Origin: Trueperaceae bacterium
GTDB taxonomy: Bacteria > Deinococcota > Deinococci > Deinococcales > Trueperaceae
Direction: 5' to 3'
Length of the DNA: 64,000 nucleotides
Assembly: GCA_034520945.1 (NCBI GenBank)
Contig: JAXHNB010000005.1
Location: 672,001-736,000 of the forward strand
Of this stretch, positions 28,867 through 38,756 are shown piece after piece. The number at the start of each line of letters is the position of its first letter. Position 1 is the first letter of the stretch. The notes below the pieces were generated by a model. The model did no database searches and was not told where the DNA came from. It worked only from the letters and a program-made list of their open reading frames with translations. A program made the translations under genes and the position numbers.

Positions 28867-29862
28867 TCAGTACCCCGCCTCCAGGTCGACGCGGTTCCGC
28901 TCCCTCCCCGCTGCCAGGGCGGCGAGGGTGCGGAGCACGTCCCGCACGCTGGCGTCGCGCCAACCGTGCACCGCGTTGGCGCGGTGCGGGCTCAGCACCA
29001 CGTCCTCGTGAAGGTGGAACGGTCGCGACGAGGGCAGGGTGGCGCGACGTGCCGCTGCGTGCGGCGGGTACTGCCACCACACGTCCAGCCCGACGCCGCC
29101 CAGGCGTCCGTCCTCCAACGCCTGCCACAGCGCCGCCTCGTCGATCAGGCTGCCGCGCCCCACGTTCACCAGCAGGGCACCGGGACGGATCGCCTCGAAC
29201 GCCGCGGCGTCCAGGAGCCCGTCCGTGTCCGGCGTCGACGGCAACGTGATCACGATCGCGTCCGCCTCCGACAATGCCCGGTGCAGCTCGGCCGGCCCCA
29301 CCTCCACCGGGTCGCTCGCCTCGGGGTCGGGCCGGCGGCGCAGCGCCGTCAGGCGCATGCCCAGGCCGCGCAACATCGGCGCCAACGCCGATCCGATGGC
29401 GCCGTACCCCAGCAGCAACGCCTGCGCGCCCACCAGATGAACGCTGGCAGGACCGTCGCGATGACCGGCCCAATCGCCCTGCCGAAGGGCGCGGTCATAG
29501 CGGACCAGGCGGCCGGCACAGGCCAGCAGCAAGGCGGCGGCGTGCTGCGCCACGAACGGCGCGTTGAAGTGCGAGTTGTACAAACGCAGGTGGGGCCGCG
29601 CCGCCATCTGCGCCCGCAGGCCGGCCTCCACCCCCGCGTACGGCACGATCACGGTCCGCAGGTGCGGCGCGTCCAGCAACGCGTCCGAGGGGTGCCCGTC
29701 GATCAGCACCTGCACGCCCTCGCAGGCGGCCACCGCGCGCTCGGCGTCGGTTTCGACGCGAATGCGCACGCCGCTGGGCGCCGGGTGACCTGCGACCTCC
29801 TCGGCGCCCAGCTCGCTGCGCCACAACACCTCCAGGCGTTCCGATTCCTCGGGAGTTCCCAT
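28867..29862 (-). CDS. D-isomer-specific 2-hydroxyacid dehydrogenase
   Basis: LLGYGAIG, LVNVGRG, GLDVW, LSPHRA. Confidence 0.88.
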   Translation of the reverse strand: MGTPEESERLEVLWRSELGAEEVAGHPAPSGVRIRVETDAERAVAACEGVQVLIDGHPSDALLDAPHLRTVIVPYAGVEAGLRAQMAARPHLRLYNSHFNAPFVAQHAAALLLACAGRLVRYDRALRQGDWAGHRDGPASVHLVGAQALLLGYGAIGSALAPMLRGLGMRLTALRRRPDPEASDPVEVGPAELHRALSEADAIVITLPSTPDTDGLLDAAAFEAIRPGALLVNVGRGSLIDEAALWQALEDGRLGGVGLDVWWQYPPHAAARRATLPSSRPFHLHEDVVLSPHRANAVHGWRDASVRDVLRTLAALAAGRERNRVDLEAGY

Positions 29863-29903
29863 GGCGGGCCACTGTAGCCCGCAGCGCGGATATGATGCCC
29901 CTC

Positions 29904-31181
29904 ATGCGCATCGTACGCGGCCTGGAGGCCGCTCTGGACCTTGCCCGACGCCGCGAAGCCGGCGCGCTGGACCCCCACGCCGAAACCGCCGCGCGCCAGG
30001 TCGTGGACCATGTGCGGCGGGATGGGGACGCCGCGCTGCGCGACCTCACCGAGCGCTTCGACGGCGTCCGCCTGGACGCCATCCAGGTGCCGCAGGCGCG
30101 CATCGATGCGGCCGCGGACGAGCTCGAACCCGAGTTGCGCGACGCCATCGACACCGCCGCTGCGCGCATCCGTGCCTACTACCATCGTCAACCGACCGGC
30201 GGATTCCTGCACGCCGACGAGGACGGCGTGACCGGCCAGATCGTGCGGCCGATCGCCTCGGTCGGGTGTTACGTGCCGGGCGGCACCGCCCCGCTGTTCA
30301 GCAGCCTGCTGATGAGCGCCGTGCCGGCGCGTGTCGCGGGCGTGTCACGCCTGGTGGTCGCGACCCCGCCTCGGCCCGATGGGAGCGTCGCCGCCGAGAT
30401 CCGCTACGCCGCCAAGGTGGTGGGCGCCGACGCCGTGGTGCGCGTCGGCGGCGCGCAAGCCATCGCGGCGCTGGCCTACGGCACGGACGCCGTGCCCCGG
30501 GTCGACAAGATCGTCGGGCCCGGCAACGCCTACGTGGTGGCCGCCAAGCGGCTGGTGTACGGATCGGTCGGGATCGAGTCGTTGCCCGGCCCGACCGAGA
30601 CCCTCGTCCTGGCCGACGAAGACGCCGACCCCAGACATGCCGCGGCGGACCTGCTGGCCCAGGCGGAGCACCTCGGGGCGCAACCGATGCTGGTCACCTG
30701 GTCCGACGCCGTACTGGACGCCATCCTCACCGCAATCGACGACGGCCTGAGCGACCTGCCCACCGCCGACGCCGCCCGCGAATCCCTGGCCGAGCGGGGC
30801 TTCGCCATCCGCGTCGCCGACCCCCAACAAGCGCTCGAGGTCGCCAACGCCCTCGCGCCCGAACACCTCTGCCTCCTGGTGGACGATCCCTGGGCCTACC
30901 TCGGCGGCATCCGCAATGCCGGCGGGGTGTTCCTCGGCGCGCACAGCATGGAGGCGCTGGGCGACTACGTGGCGGGCCCCAGCCACGTGATGCCGACCTC
31001 CACCACCGCGCGGTTCGCCAGCTTCCTCAACCTGCGTGACTTCCAGAAGGTGATCCCCGTCCTGGCGGCCTCGCCCGACCTGGTCGCACGCGTCGGCCCG
31101 GCCGGCGTGCGCATGGCGCGCGCCGAGGGCCTCGAGGCGCACGCCCGGGCGATCGCTGCACGCCTGAACCACGGTGACTGA
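29904..31181 (+). CDS. hisD: Histidinol dehydrogenase
   Basis: [38 protein letters not shown]; start ATG 29904 (TATGAT 7 nt upstream). Confidence 0.95.
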   Translation: MRIVRGLEAALDLARRREAGALDPHAETAARQVVDHVRRDGDAALRDLTERFDGVRLDAIQVPQARIDAAADELEPELRDAIDTAAARIRAYYHRQPTGGFLHADEDGVTGQIVRPIASVGCYVPGGTAPLFSSLLMSAVPARVAGVSRLVVATPPRPDGSVAAEIRYAAKVVGADAVVRVGGAQAIAALAYGTDAVPRVDKIVGPGNAYVVAAKRLVYGSVGIESLPGPTETLVLADEDADPRHAAADLLAQAEHLGAQPMLVTWSDAVLDAILTAIDDGLSDLPTADAARESLAERGFAIRVADPQQALEVANALAPEHLCLLVDDPWAYLGGIRNAGGVFLGAHSMEALGDYVAGPSHVMPTSTTARFASFLNLRDFQKVIPVLAASPDLVARVGPAGVRMARAEGLEAHARAIAARLNHGD

Positions 31182-31779
31182 GGGCGGCGCGCCGACCCGT
31201 GCGCGCCGCCGCGGACGCGCGGGCCGCGTCCGCCTGTTCGCAGTGCTGCCGCTGTTCGTGCTGGCGGTCTTGGCGGGGGACGCCGTCCGCATCCTCGCCG
31301 GCCCCGGGGGCGCCCCCTCCTGTCCGGCCGGCACGGCGCTGGTCATGGGCGCGGCGCAGTACGCCGGTCGCCCCTCCCCGGCCTTCGAGCGGCGGCTGTC
31401 CCGGGCGCTGGAGGCGTACCGGTCGGGTTGCGTCGACCGGATCGTCGTCTCCGGCGGCATGCGGACCGGCGACCACACCAGCGAAGGGGCCGCCGGCGTC
31501 GCCTGGCTGCGCCGCCGGGGCGTGCCGCAGGCGGCGCTGCGGGCGGAGGAGACCGCCACCACCAGCGCCGAGAACGTCGCCCGGGCGCGCGGGATGCTGG
31601 ACAGCACCAAGGTGCTGGTGGTCACCGACGACCTGCACGCCTGGCGCAGCGTCTACCTGGCGCGCCGCGAGGGGCTGCAGGCGCAGGCCGTGGGCGCGCC
31701 CGTCCCCTCGGGGCGCCTCCGCTACGCCCTGCGCGAGCTCGCGGCCCTCACCTCGTACCGACTGGGCCTGGCGCCCTGA
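31174..31779 (+). CDS. YdcF/DUF218 family protein
   Basis: N-terminal TM, VMGAA, IVVSGG, SEG, TSAEN, VVTDDLH. Confidence 0.8.
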   Translation: MTEGGAPTRARRRGRAGRVRLFAVLPLFVLAVLAGDAVRILAGPGGAPSCPAGTALVMGAAQYAGRPSPAFERRLSRALEAYRSGCVDRIVVSGGMRTGDHTSEGAAGVAWLRRRGVPQAALRAEETATTSAENVARARGMLDSTKVLVVTDDLHAWRSVYLARREGLQAQAVGAPVPSGRLRYALRELAALTSYRLGLAP

Positions 31780-31833
31780 GGGCGGGGCGCGCGCCGCCCC
31801 TCGCCTCCGCGAGCCCCGGGCGCGCGGGCCTCC

Positions 31834-32496
31834 TCAGGTGCGCCCCCCCGCCCACCAGGCGCGAACGATGTCGCGGTACATGCCCATGCGCGCGCCCAAC
31901 CCCCGCCACCACCCCAGCTTCTCCTCCTTCATGACCTGACTCACGCCCGCAAGCCGCACGTCCCGTACGCGCCAGCCTCCGCTGCGGGCGGCCTCCGCCA
32001 GCCGCATCTCGACGCCGTAGCGACTCTGCCGCAGGCCGGCCACCCCCTGCAGCAGCTCGCGCCGCACCCCGCGCTGCCCACCCAACTGCGGCGCCAACCG
32101 CTGCGCGGCGGTGGTTCGCAGGCGCGCCCCTGCGAACACGCCGCGCGTCATGTCGGCCTCGCCGTCCAGCACCGGCCCCGCCAGCGCCCGGACGTGGGCG
32201 GGACGCAGGCCCGTCAGGTCGGCGTCCAGCAACACCAGCACCTCGGCGTCGCACGACGCGGCACCCTCCGCCAACGCGCCGCCCTTGCCGACGTTGCGGG
32301 GCAACCGCAACACCCGCGCCCCCGCCGCCTCCGCCACCCGGGCGGTCGCATCGCGCGAACCGTCGTCGATCACCAAAACCGGTCCCACCTCGGCGGCCCG
32401 GGCGACCCGCACCACGTCCGCCACCCGCGCCTCCTCGTCGAAGGCGGGCACCAGCACCCAGCAGCGCGACCCCCCGGCGGACGCCCGAACGTTCAT
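31834..32496 (-). CDS. Glycosyltransferase family 2
   Basis: VPAFDEE, IDDGSRDAT, GKGGA, LDAD; ATGA overlap. Confidence 0.85.
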   Translation of the reverse strand: MNVRASAGGSRCWVLVPAFDEEARVADVVRVARAAEVGPVLVIDDGSRDATARVAEAAGARVLRLPRNVGKGGALAEGAASCDAEVLVLLDADLTGLRPAHVRALAGPVLDGEADMTRGVFAGARLRTTAAQRLAPQLGGQRGVRRELLQGVAGLRQSRYGVEMRLAEAARSGGWRVRDVRLAGVSQVMKEEKLGWWRGLGARMGMYRDIVRAWWAGGRT

Positions 32497-33584
32497 CCGC
32501 CCAGCAGCGCGCCCTGTAGCTCCTGCACGGTGATCAACACGATCAGCGCCAGAACCGCGAGGATGCCCAGGAAGTGGAACACCTCCTCCTGGCCGGGCGC
32601 GAACGGCCGGCCACGAACGCCGACCACCACCGCCAGCAGCATGCGGCCCCCGTCCAGGCCGGGGATCGGCAGCAGGTTGAACACCGCCAGCGAGAAGTTG
32701 ATGATCGCCGCCAGCAGCAGCACCGGCGCTACGCCCACCTGCGCCGCGTCCCCCACCAGCGACACCATGCCCACCGGCCCGGCCACGTCCTCGGACCCCT
32801 GACCGCTGAGCACGTTCCCGAACCCCCGCACGAAGCCGGCCACCATCTCCGGCACCGCCCGCACCGCGAACACCGCACTCTCGCCGAAGGCGACCAGCGG
32901 CCCCACCCGCTCCACCTCGAGGGGGCTCAGCTGCACCCCCAACAGGGGACGGTCCCCCTCCGGGGCGTCCGCCGGCGGCCAGGGCGTCTCGAAGGTGCGC
33001 ACCGCCTTGTCGCGGCGCACCTGCAACCGCAGGGTCCCCTCGGCCGCCGCGATCGCGTCGACCGCGTCGGCGGGCGTGGGATCGGTACGCCCCTCGATGC
33101 CGACCAGCACGTCGCCCGCCGCCAACCCCAGACGTTCGGCGGCGGAGTCCGGCACCACCTCGGCGATGCGGGCGCCGCGCACCGCGGGATCCTCGCCGGT
33201 GGTGAGCGCCCGGAAGCCGGGCTCGAGCAGCACCGCCCCCGTCACCAGGACCGTCCCCAGCACGAAGTTGGCCAGGACGCCGGCGATCAGCACCCACAGC
33301 TTCGCGGGAAGGCCCAACGCCGCCATGCCGCCCGTGGGGTGACGAAGACTGCCGTCGTCGCCCTGTTCGGGCGCCATGCCCGGCAGGTCCACGTAGCCGC
33401 CCAGCGGCACCGCTGAGAGGCGCCACTCGGTGCCGCGCCAGCGCCGACGCCACAACACCGGCCCGAAGCCGACGCTGAACGCTCGCACCTCGAGCCCCAC
33501 GCTACGCGCCGCCAACAGGTGGGCCAACTCGTGCACGATGACGGCGCTGAACAGGATCAGCACGAACACGAGGCCGGTGGTCAC
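32493..33584 (-). CDS. rseP: RIP metalloprotease RseP (M50, PDZ)
   Basis: HELAH, FSVGFGP, PLGGYV, PDZ domain, NLLPIPGLDGG; downstream of dxr. Confidence 0.88.
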   Translation of the reverse strand: MTTGLVFVLILFSAVIVHELAHLLAARSVGLEVRAFSVGFGPVLWRRRWRGTEWRLSAVPLGGYVDLPGMAPEQGDDGSLRHPTGGMAALGLPAKLWVLIAGVLANFVLGTVLVTGAVLLEPGFRALTTGEDPAVRGARIAEVVPDSAAERLGLAAGDVLVGIEGRTDPTPADAVDAIAAAEGTLRLQVRRDKAVRTFETPWPPADAPEGDRPLLGVQLSPLEVERVGPLVAFGESAVFAVRAVPEMVAGFVRGFGNVLSGQGSEDVAGPVGMVSLVGDAAQVGVAPVLLLAAIINFSLAVFNLLPIPGLDGGRMLLAVVVGVRGRPFAPGQEEVFHFLGILAVLALIVLITVQELQGALLGG

Positions 33585-33642
33585 GAGGAGGACTCCATGA
33601 CGGCAGTATTCCAGGTTCCCGCGCCGGGGCCGGTACCGCGCC

Positions 33643-34794
33643 TCACGGCGGGGGCCCGTCGGGGCCGCGCAGCGCCCCGGGGGCGTCGGGACCGCCCAGG
33701 CGCTCCAGCTCGCGCACGATGTCGCTGCGCGACAGGATGCCGACGACGCTGCCGCGTTCGTCCACCACGACCAGGCGGCCGGTGGCGCCGGTCGCCAGGC
33801 GGGTCGCCGCCTGCGCCAGCGGTTCGTGCGGCGTGATGGTTTCGGCCTCCACGGTCACGTCGGCGACGGTGGCGTCGTCCGGCACGCCCTCCTCCACGTC
33901 GGCGTCCAGTACCCGCGCGAAGCCCCGCAGGCGCCCGTCTTGGTCGACGACGGGGTAGCCGGCGTGCGACCGGAACGCCCGCAGGCGCGCGAAGCGGTCC
34001 AACGGCACGTCCGGATCGATGGTGGCGGGATCGGGCGTCATCAGGTCCCGCACCGTCTTGCCCGCGAACGCGCGCTCCAGCAGGGCCATGCGACCCTCCG
34101 CGCCGCCGGCCTGATACACCAGGAACGCGATCGCGACCATCAACAGGTTCAGCGACACGAAGCCCCACACGCCCAGCCCGATCGCCACCACGCGCGACAC
34201 GCCCACCGCCACGCGCGTGGCGGCGTACCGGCCCATCGCCAGCGCCAACAGCGAGCGGAGGATCCGCCCGCCGTCCAGCGGCAGGGCCGGCAGCAGGTTG
34301 AACACCCCGAGGGCGCCGTTCGCGATCGCGAGGTAGGACAGCACGAAACGCCCCCCCGCCGACTGCACCCACTCCAGCGACGCGCCCGCCAGCAGCGCCA
34401 GGCCCATGCTGGTGATCGGCCCGGCCACCGCCACGATCGCCTCGGCCCCCTTGCCGCGGGGCAGGTCGCGGAAGCTGGCGACCCCGCCCAGGAACCACAA
34501 GGTGATCTCCTCGGCTTGGACCCCGTAGAACCGTGCCACCAGCACGTGACCCAGCTCGTGCAGCAGGACGCCGACGAACAGGCCCGTGGCCGCCACCAAG
34601 CCCAGCAGGGCCGGCGTGACCCCCTGGGTCAGCGCCTCCTGGTCGAGGGCCACCCCGGCCTCGCTCATCAACGCGACGTAGGCGGGGATCTGCGAGGCGA
34701 TCAGCCACGCCAGCAGCGGCAGGATCAGCAGGAAGCTGGGGTCCAGCCGCAGCGGGACGCCAAGCAAGCGGACCGGCAGGCGATACCCGCGCAT
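33643..34794 (-). CDS. Site-2 protease (M50) with C-terminal CBS pair
   Basis: HELGH, FLGGVA, AGP, FNLLPALPLDGGR, CBS motifs. Confidence 0.88.
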   Translation of the reverse strand: MRGYRLPVRLLGVPLRLDPSFLLILPLLAWLIASQIPAYVALMSEAGVALDQEALTQGVTPALLGLVAATGLFVGVLLHELGHVLVARFYGVQAEEITLWFLGGVASFRDLPRGKGAEAIVAVAGPITSMGLALLAGASLEWVQSAGGRFVLSYLAIANGALGVFNLLPALPLDGGRILRSLLALAMGRYAATRVAVGVSRVVAIGLGVWGFVSLNLLMVAIAFLVYQAGGAEGRMALLERAFAGKTVRDLMTPDPATIDPDVPLDRFARLRAFRSHAGYPVVDQDGRLRGFARVLDADVEEGVPDDATVADVTVEAETITPHEPLAQAATRLATGATGRLVVVDERGSVVGILSRSDIVRELERLGGPDAPGALRGPDGPPP

Positions 34795-34796
34795 CC

Positions 34797-35936
34797 TCAG
34801 GCCCCGGTCGCGCGACGCCCGACCACGTCGCCCGCGACGCGTCGGGCGTCCGCGTCGGCCTCGCGGAGGGCCTCCCACCCCAGCGCCTCGGGGGCGACGC
34901 CGTCCAGGGTGGCGGCCAGCACCTGCGGGATGGCGTCGAAGGGGAGACGGCCGTCCAAGAAGGCGGGGACCGCCACCTCGTCGGCGGCGTTGAGGATGGC
35001 GGGGGCCGTGCCGCCCCGACGGCCCGCCTCGTACGCCAGGCCCAGCGCCGGGAACCGATCAACGTCGGGCGGTTCGAACTCCCAGCGGCCGCGCAAGGGG
35101 AACGGATCCAGCGGGACGGCGGGACGCGCGTCGCCCTCCACCGCCCACTGGATGGGGAGCCGCATGTCGTGCGGACCGACCTGCGCCAACAGGTTGCCGT
35201 CCCGGAACCGCACCAGGGCGTGCACCCACGACTGGGGATGGACGACCACCTCGATGCGGTCCAGCGGCACCTCGAACAGGTGATGGGCCTCCAGGACCTC
35301 GAGCCCCTTGTTGAACAGCGTGGCGGAGTCGATGGTCACCTTCGGCCCCATGCGCCAGGTGGGGTGCTTCAGCGCCTGCGCCGGGGTGACCTGCCGCAGG
35401 TCGGCCGGCCCTTCGCGGAACGGCCCGCCGGAGGCGGTCAGCACGATCGCCGCGACGGCCTCCCGGTTCTGGCCGCGCAACGCCTGGTCCACCCCGGCGT
35501 GCTCCGAATCGACGGGGGTGATGCGCCCCCCGTGCCGCGCCGCTTCGGCGCGCATCAGCGGACCGGCCACCACCATCGCCTCCTTGGTGGCCAACGCCAC
35601 GTGCCGCCCCTCCCCCAGGGCGGCACGGACGGGCGCAAGACCGGCCATGCCGGGAATGGCCGCAATGACCGTGTCGGCCGGGAGCCGGGCGGCACGCTCG
35701 GCTGCCCCCGGCGCGCCGTCCAGGCGCGTGCCTCCCGGAAGGCGGGGCGCCAGGACGTCCGCGACGGAGGGATCGCAGGCCACCACCTCGGGGCGAAAGG
35801 CGTCGGCCTGCGCCGCCAGCCGGTCGACGTCACGCCCGGCCACCAGGGCCGTGACGCGCCATTCGCGCCAACGCGCGACCTCCAGGGTCTGCGTTCCGAT
35901 CGAGCCGGTGGACCCGAGCACGGTGATGGTCCTCAT
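34797..35936 (-). CDS. dxr: 1-deoxy-D-xylulose 5-phosphate reductoisomerase
   Basis: LGSTGSIG, PVDSEH, TASGGPF, HPTWRMGPKVTIDSATLFNKGLE. Confidence 0.95.
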   Translation of the reverse strand: MRTITVLGSTGSIGTQTLEVARWREWRVTALVAGRDVDRLAAQADAFRPEVVACDPSVADVLAPRLPGGTRLDGAPGAAERAARLPADTVIAAIPGMAGLAPVRAALGEGRHVALATKEAMVVAGPLMRAEAARHGGRITPVDSEHAGVDQALRGQNREAVAAIVLTASGGPFREGPADLRQVTPAQALKHPTWRMGPKVTIDSATLFNKGLEVLEAHHLFEVPLDRIEVVVHPQSWVHALVRFRDGNLLAQVGPHDMRLPIQWAVEGDARPAVPLDPFPLRGRWEFEPPDVDRFPALGLAYEAGRRGGTAPAILNAADEVAVPAFLDGRLPFDAIPQVLAATLDGVAPEALGWEALREADADARRVAGDVVGRRATGA

Positions 35937-36095
35937 GGGCGCATCATCGCACGTGCTGCACGGCGGCGCCGTGGCGGGGGCGGGCGTCCCTCCGGGCCGC
36001 GGGCGGCGCGGTGGTACCATTCCCACGCGCACGGGGCCGCGGTCGTGTCATGCACGGCGCGCGCAGCTTCGGCGCGTACGCGGAAGGAGGCCGAC

Positions 36096-36725
36096 GTGCT
36101 GGTACGCGACGCGATGACGGCGGACCCGACGCTCGTTTCGACCGACACGCCGATGATGGAGGCCATGCAGCGCCTCCGCGAGGGCGGGTACCGACGTCTG
36201 CCGGTCGTCGACGGGGACCGGTTGGTCGGGATCGTGACCGACCGGGACCTGAAGGAGGCGGCGCCGTCCAAGGCGACGACGCTATCGGTCTACGAGCTGA
36301 ACTACCTTCTGGCGCAGATGCGCGTCCGAGACGTGATGCGTGAGCCCGTCATCACCGTGCGGCCGAGCGATCCCATCGAACGGGCCGCGCTCCTGATGGA
36401 GGAACACCGCATCTCCGGCCTGCCGGTGGTGGACGGCGACCGGTTGGTCGGGATCGTGACCATCACCGATCTGTTGCACGCCTTCGTGGGCTTTCTCGGC
36501 ATTCGCGAGGGCGGCACCCGCGTCACGGTCGAGGTGCCGGACGAACCGGGCGTGCTGGCGCGGGCCGCCCGCGCGGCGGCGCCGTCCAACATCGTCGCCG
36601 CCGTCACGGCCGGGGTGGAACACGGTCACGTCCGCAGCCTGGTGCTGCGCGTCACCGGCCAGGACGCCGCCGGGTTCCCCGACAGGCTGAAGGCCGAAGG
36701 CATCTCGGTCACGGACGTGCGGTGA
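36096..36725 (+). CDS. CBS-pair plus ACT-like protein (AcuB-like)
   Basis: Two CBS repeats, ATTLSVYELNYLL, PDEPGVLA; AGGAGG SD. Confidence 0.85.
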   Translation: MLVRDAMTADPTLVSTDTPMMEAMQRLREGGYRRLPVVDGDRLVGIVTDRDLKEAAPSKATTLSVYELNYLLAQMRVRDVMREPVITVRPSDPIERAALLMEEHRISGLPVVDGDRLVGIVTITDLLHAFVGFLGIREGGTRVTVEVPDEPGVLARAARAAAPSNIVAAVTAGVEHGHVRSLVLRVTGQDAAGFPDRLKAEGISVTDVR

Positions 36726-37426
36726 GGGACGCCCCCGACCTGGAGGGTCTGGCCGCCGCCGCCCGGGGCGGCGCCGTCGCGCATTCGGCCTTCCTGAGCG
36801 AGGCGACCTCGTCCGCGTGGGTGGCGCGCCTGCGCCGCGACGGGGTGGCGGCCAGCGCCACCGGGGGGTACCCCGGTGCGGCGCGCCGCATCGTCACCGC
36901 GCGAGGGGAGCACGTTCCGAGCGCCGATCCCGCGCTCGCGGCGCTGTACCTGGACGGCGCGCACGACGCCAGTGAGGCGCGCGCGGCCCTGCGCGCCGCC
37001 GGGGCGGAGCCCGGCGACCTGGGCGACGCGGTCCGGCACGCGGATGGCCTGAGCCTGGTGGTCCGCGCCTCGTTCCGACCCCAAGAGCTGGGGGCGGTCC
37101 GCCTCGGAGGGCGCGAGGTGGTGCCGGAGACGGTTCCGCTGGAACGGGCCGCCACGGGGACGCGCAAGACGCAGGTTCTGGTGGTGCCTGCCCTGCGGGC
37201 CGACGTGCTGGGCGCCAAGGCGCTGGGCGCCTCCCGCTCCTGGTTCGGGAAGGGCGTCGCGGCCGGAAACGTCCGCGTGGACGGCGCGCGCGTCGGCAAG
37301 TCGCACCTGCTCGAGCCCGGCAGCGAACTCTGGGCCGAAGGCCTGGGGCGGGTGCACGTGCTGGGGGTGGAGGGCGAGACCAAGCGCGGCAACCTCAAGG
37401 TGCGCGTCGAGGTCGAGAAGTCCTGA
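36722..37426 (+). CDS. S4-domain RNA-binding protein (YlmH-like)
   Basis: AFLS, GGYPGAARR, LRADVLGAKALGASRS, GLGR, ETKRG. Confidence 0.7.
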   Translation: MRDAPDLEGLAAAARGGAVAHSAFLSEATSSAWVARLRRDGVAASATGGYPGAARRIVTARGEHVPSADPALAALYLDGAHDASEARAALRAAGAEPGDLGDAVRHADGLSLVVRASFRPQELGAVRLGGREVVPETVPLERAATGTRKTQVLVVPALRADVLGAKALGASRSWFGKGVAAGNVRVDGARVGKSHLLEPGSELWAEGLGRVHVLGVEGETKRGNLKVRVEVEKS

Positions 37427-37436
37427 GCGCCGCGCG

Positions 37437-38756
37437 TCAGCGTCGGACGCGCTTGCCGCCCTCCTTGTCGCGATTCTTGAAGATCATGCGGAACGGCACC
37501 TCCGCGAACCCGAGATCCTCGCGGATGCGGTTGCGCAGGTACTGTTCAAAGGGGCGCGTCACCATGGTTTCGGAGTTCACGCTGAACACGAACGTCGGGG
37601 GCGCCACGTCCGCCTGCGTCGCGTACAGCAGCTTCAGCGGCCGGCCGCTGAAGTTCGGCGGCGCCTGTCGTTGCGTCCACACGCGCGTCCAGACGTTCAA
37701 CGCCGAGGTCGGCACGCGACGTCGCGCCGTGTCCCACACGCGCACCACGCTCGCCAGCAGTTCGTGCATGCCGTAGTCGGTCCGGGCGCTCACGTACACG
37801 CGGGGCGCGAAGGCGAGGTGCGACAGGGCCGCGTCGATGCGCTGCCGCATGCGCACCAACGCGTCGTCCTCGACGAGGTCCCACTTGTTGACGGCCAGCA
37901 CCACCGGTTTGCCGGCCTGCAACGCCGTGTTGGCGATCCGCATCTCGTGGTCGCCGAGCTCGAACGGGTCGACGACCAGCACCGCCACCTCGGCGCGCCG
38001 GAGCGCCGCCTCGGCGCGCAGTTTGGCGTAGTACGCCACGTCGCCTTCCGGCTTGCGCCGTATGCCGGCCGTGTCCACCAGCACGAACGGCCGGCCGGCG
38101 AACGTGAACGCCACGTCGATGGCGTCGCGGGTGGTGCCGGCCTCGGGGGAGACGATCACCCGCTCGCCGCCCACCAGCGTGTTCACCAGCGACGACTTGC
38201 CGGCGTTGGGCCGGCCGATGATCGCGACCGTGATCGGCGCGTCCTCGGCGTCGTCTTCGTCCTCGCCCAAGCGTTCCATGATCGCCTCGTCCAGTTCGGG
38301 GCCGCCCTGGCGGTGCAGCGCCGACGTCGGATGCGGGGCGCCGAACCCGAGCGCGTACGCCTCGAACGCCTCGGGGCGTTCCAGTTGGCGGGGGTCGTCC
38401 ACCTTGGTGCCCACCAGCAGGACCGGCGCCCCCTGCCGGCGGAGCCAGGCGGCGATCTCGTGATCGGTGTCGGTCGGGGCGGTGCGCCCGTCGATGCAGA
38501 ACAGCACCAGGTCGGTACCCCGCAGCGCCTCCTCGACCGTGCGGCGAATCGGCGCCTCGAACCCGTCGCCCGACCACAGGCCGCCGGTGTCCAGCAGCCG
38601 GTAGCGGCGGTGGTCGTCGGTGGTGACCACGCCCTCCTTCACGTCCCGCGTGACGCCGGGCGCGTCGTCGACGATGGCCTCCCGCCGCCCGAGCAGGCGG
38701 TTGAACAGGCTGGACTTGCCGACGTTGGGACGTCCGACGATCGCTACGCTACGCAA
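37437..38756 (-). CDS. der: Ribosome biogenesis GTPase Der (EngA)
   Basis: Two G domains (GRPNVGKS/DTGG and GRPNAGKS/DTAG/NKWD) and a KH-like C-terminus. Confidence 0.95.
   Translation of the reverse strand: MRSVAIVGRPNVGKSSLFNRLLGRREAIVDDAPGVTRDVKEGVVTTDDHRRYRLLDTGGLWSGDGFEAPIRRTVEEALRGTDLVLFCIDGRTAPTDTDHEIAAWLRRQGAPVLLVGTKVDDPRQLERPEAFEAYALGFGAPHPTSALHRQGGPELDEAIMERLGEDEDDAEDAPITVAIIGRPNAGKSSLVNTLVGGERVIVSPEAGTTRDAIDVAFTFAGRPFVLVDTAGIRRKPEGDVAYYAKLRAEAALRRAEVAVLVVDPFELGDHEMRIANTALQAGKPVVLAVNKWDLVEDDALVRMRQRIDAALSHLAFAPRVYVSARTDYGMHELLASVVRVWDTARRRVPTSALNVWTRVWTQRQAPPNFSGRPLKLLYATQADVAPPTFVFSVNSETMVTRPFEQYLRNRIREDLGFAEVPFRMIFKNRDKEGGKRVRR

Noticed and set aside
36216..36461. Identical 24-nt repeat (36216-36239 and 36438-36461)
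   Set aside because: Only two copies, encoding the same motif in the two CBS domains; not CRISPR or a mobile-element end
38395..38412. TKVD instead of NKxD in the first G domain of Der
   Set aside because: T/N variation in G4 is tolerated; the other motifs are intact
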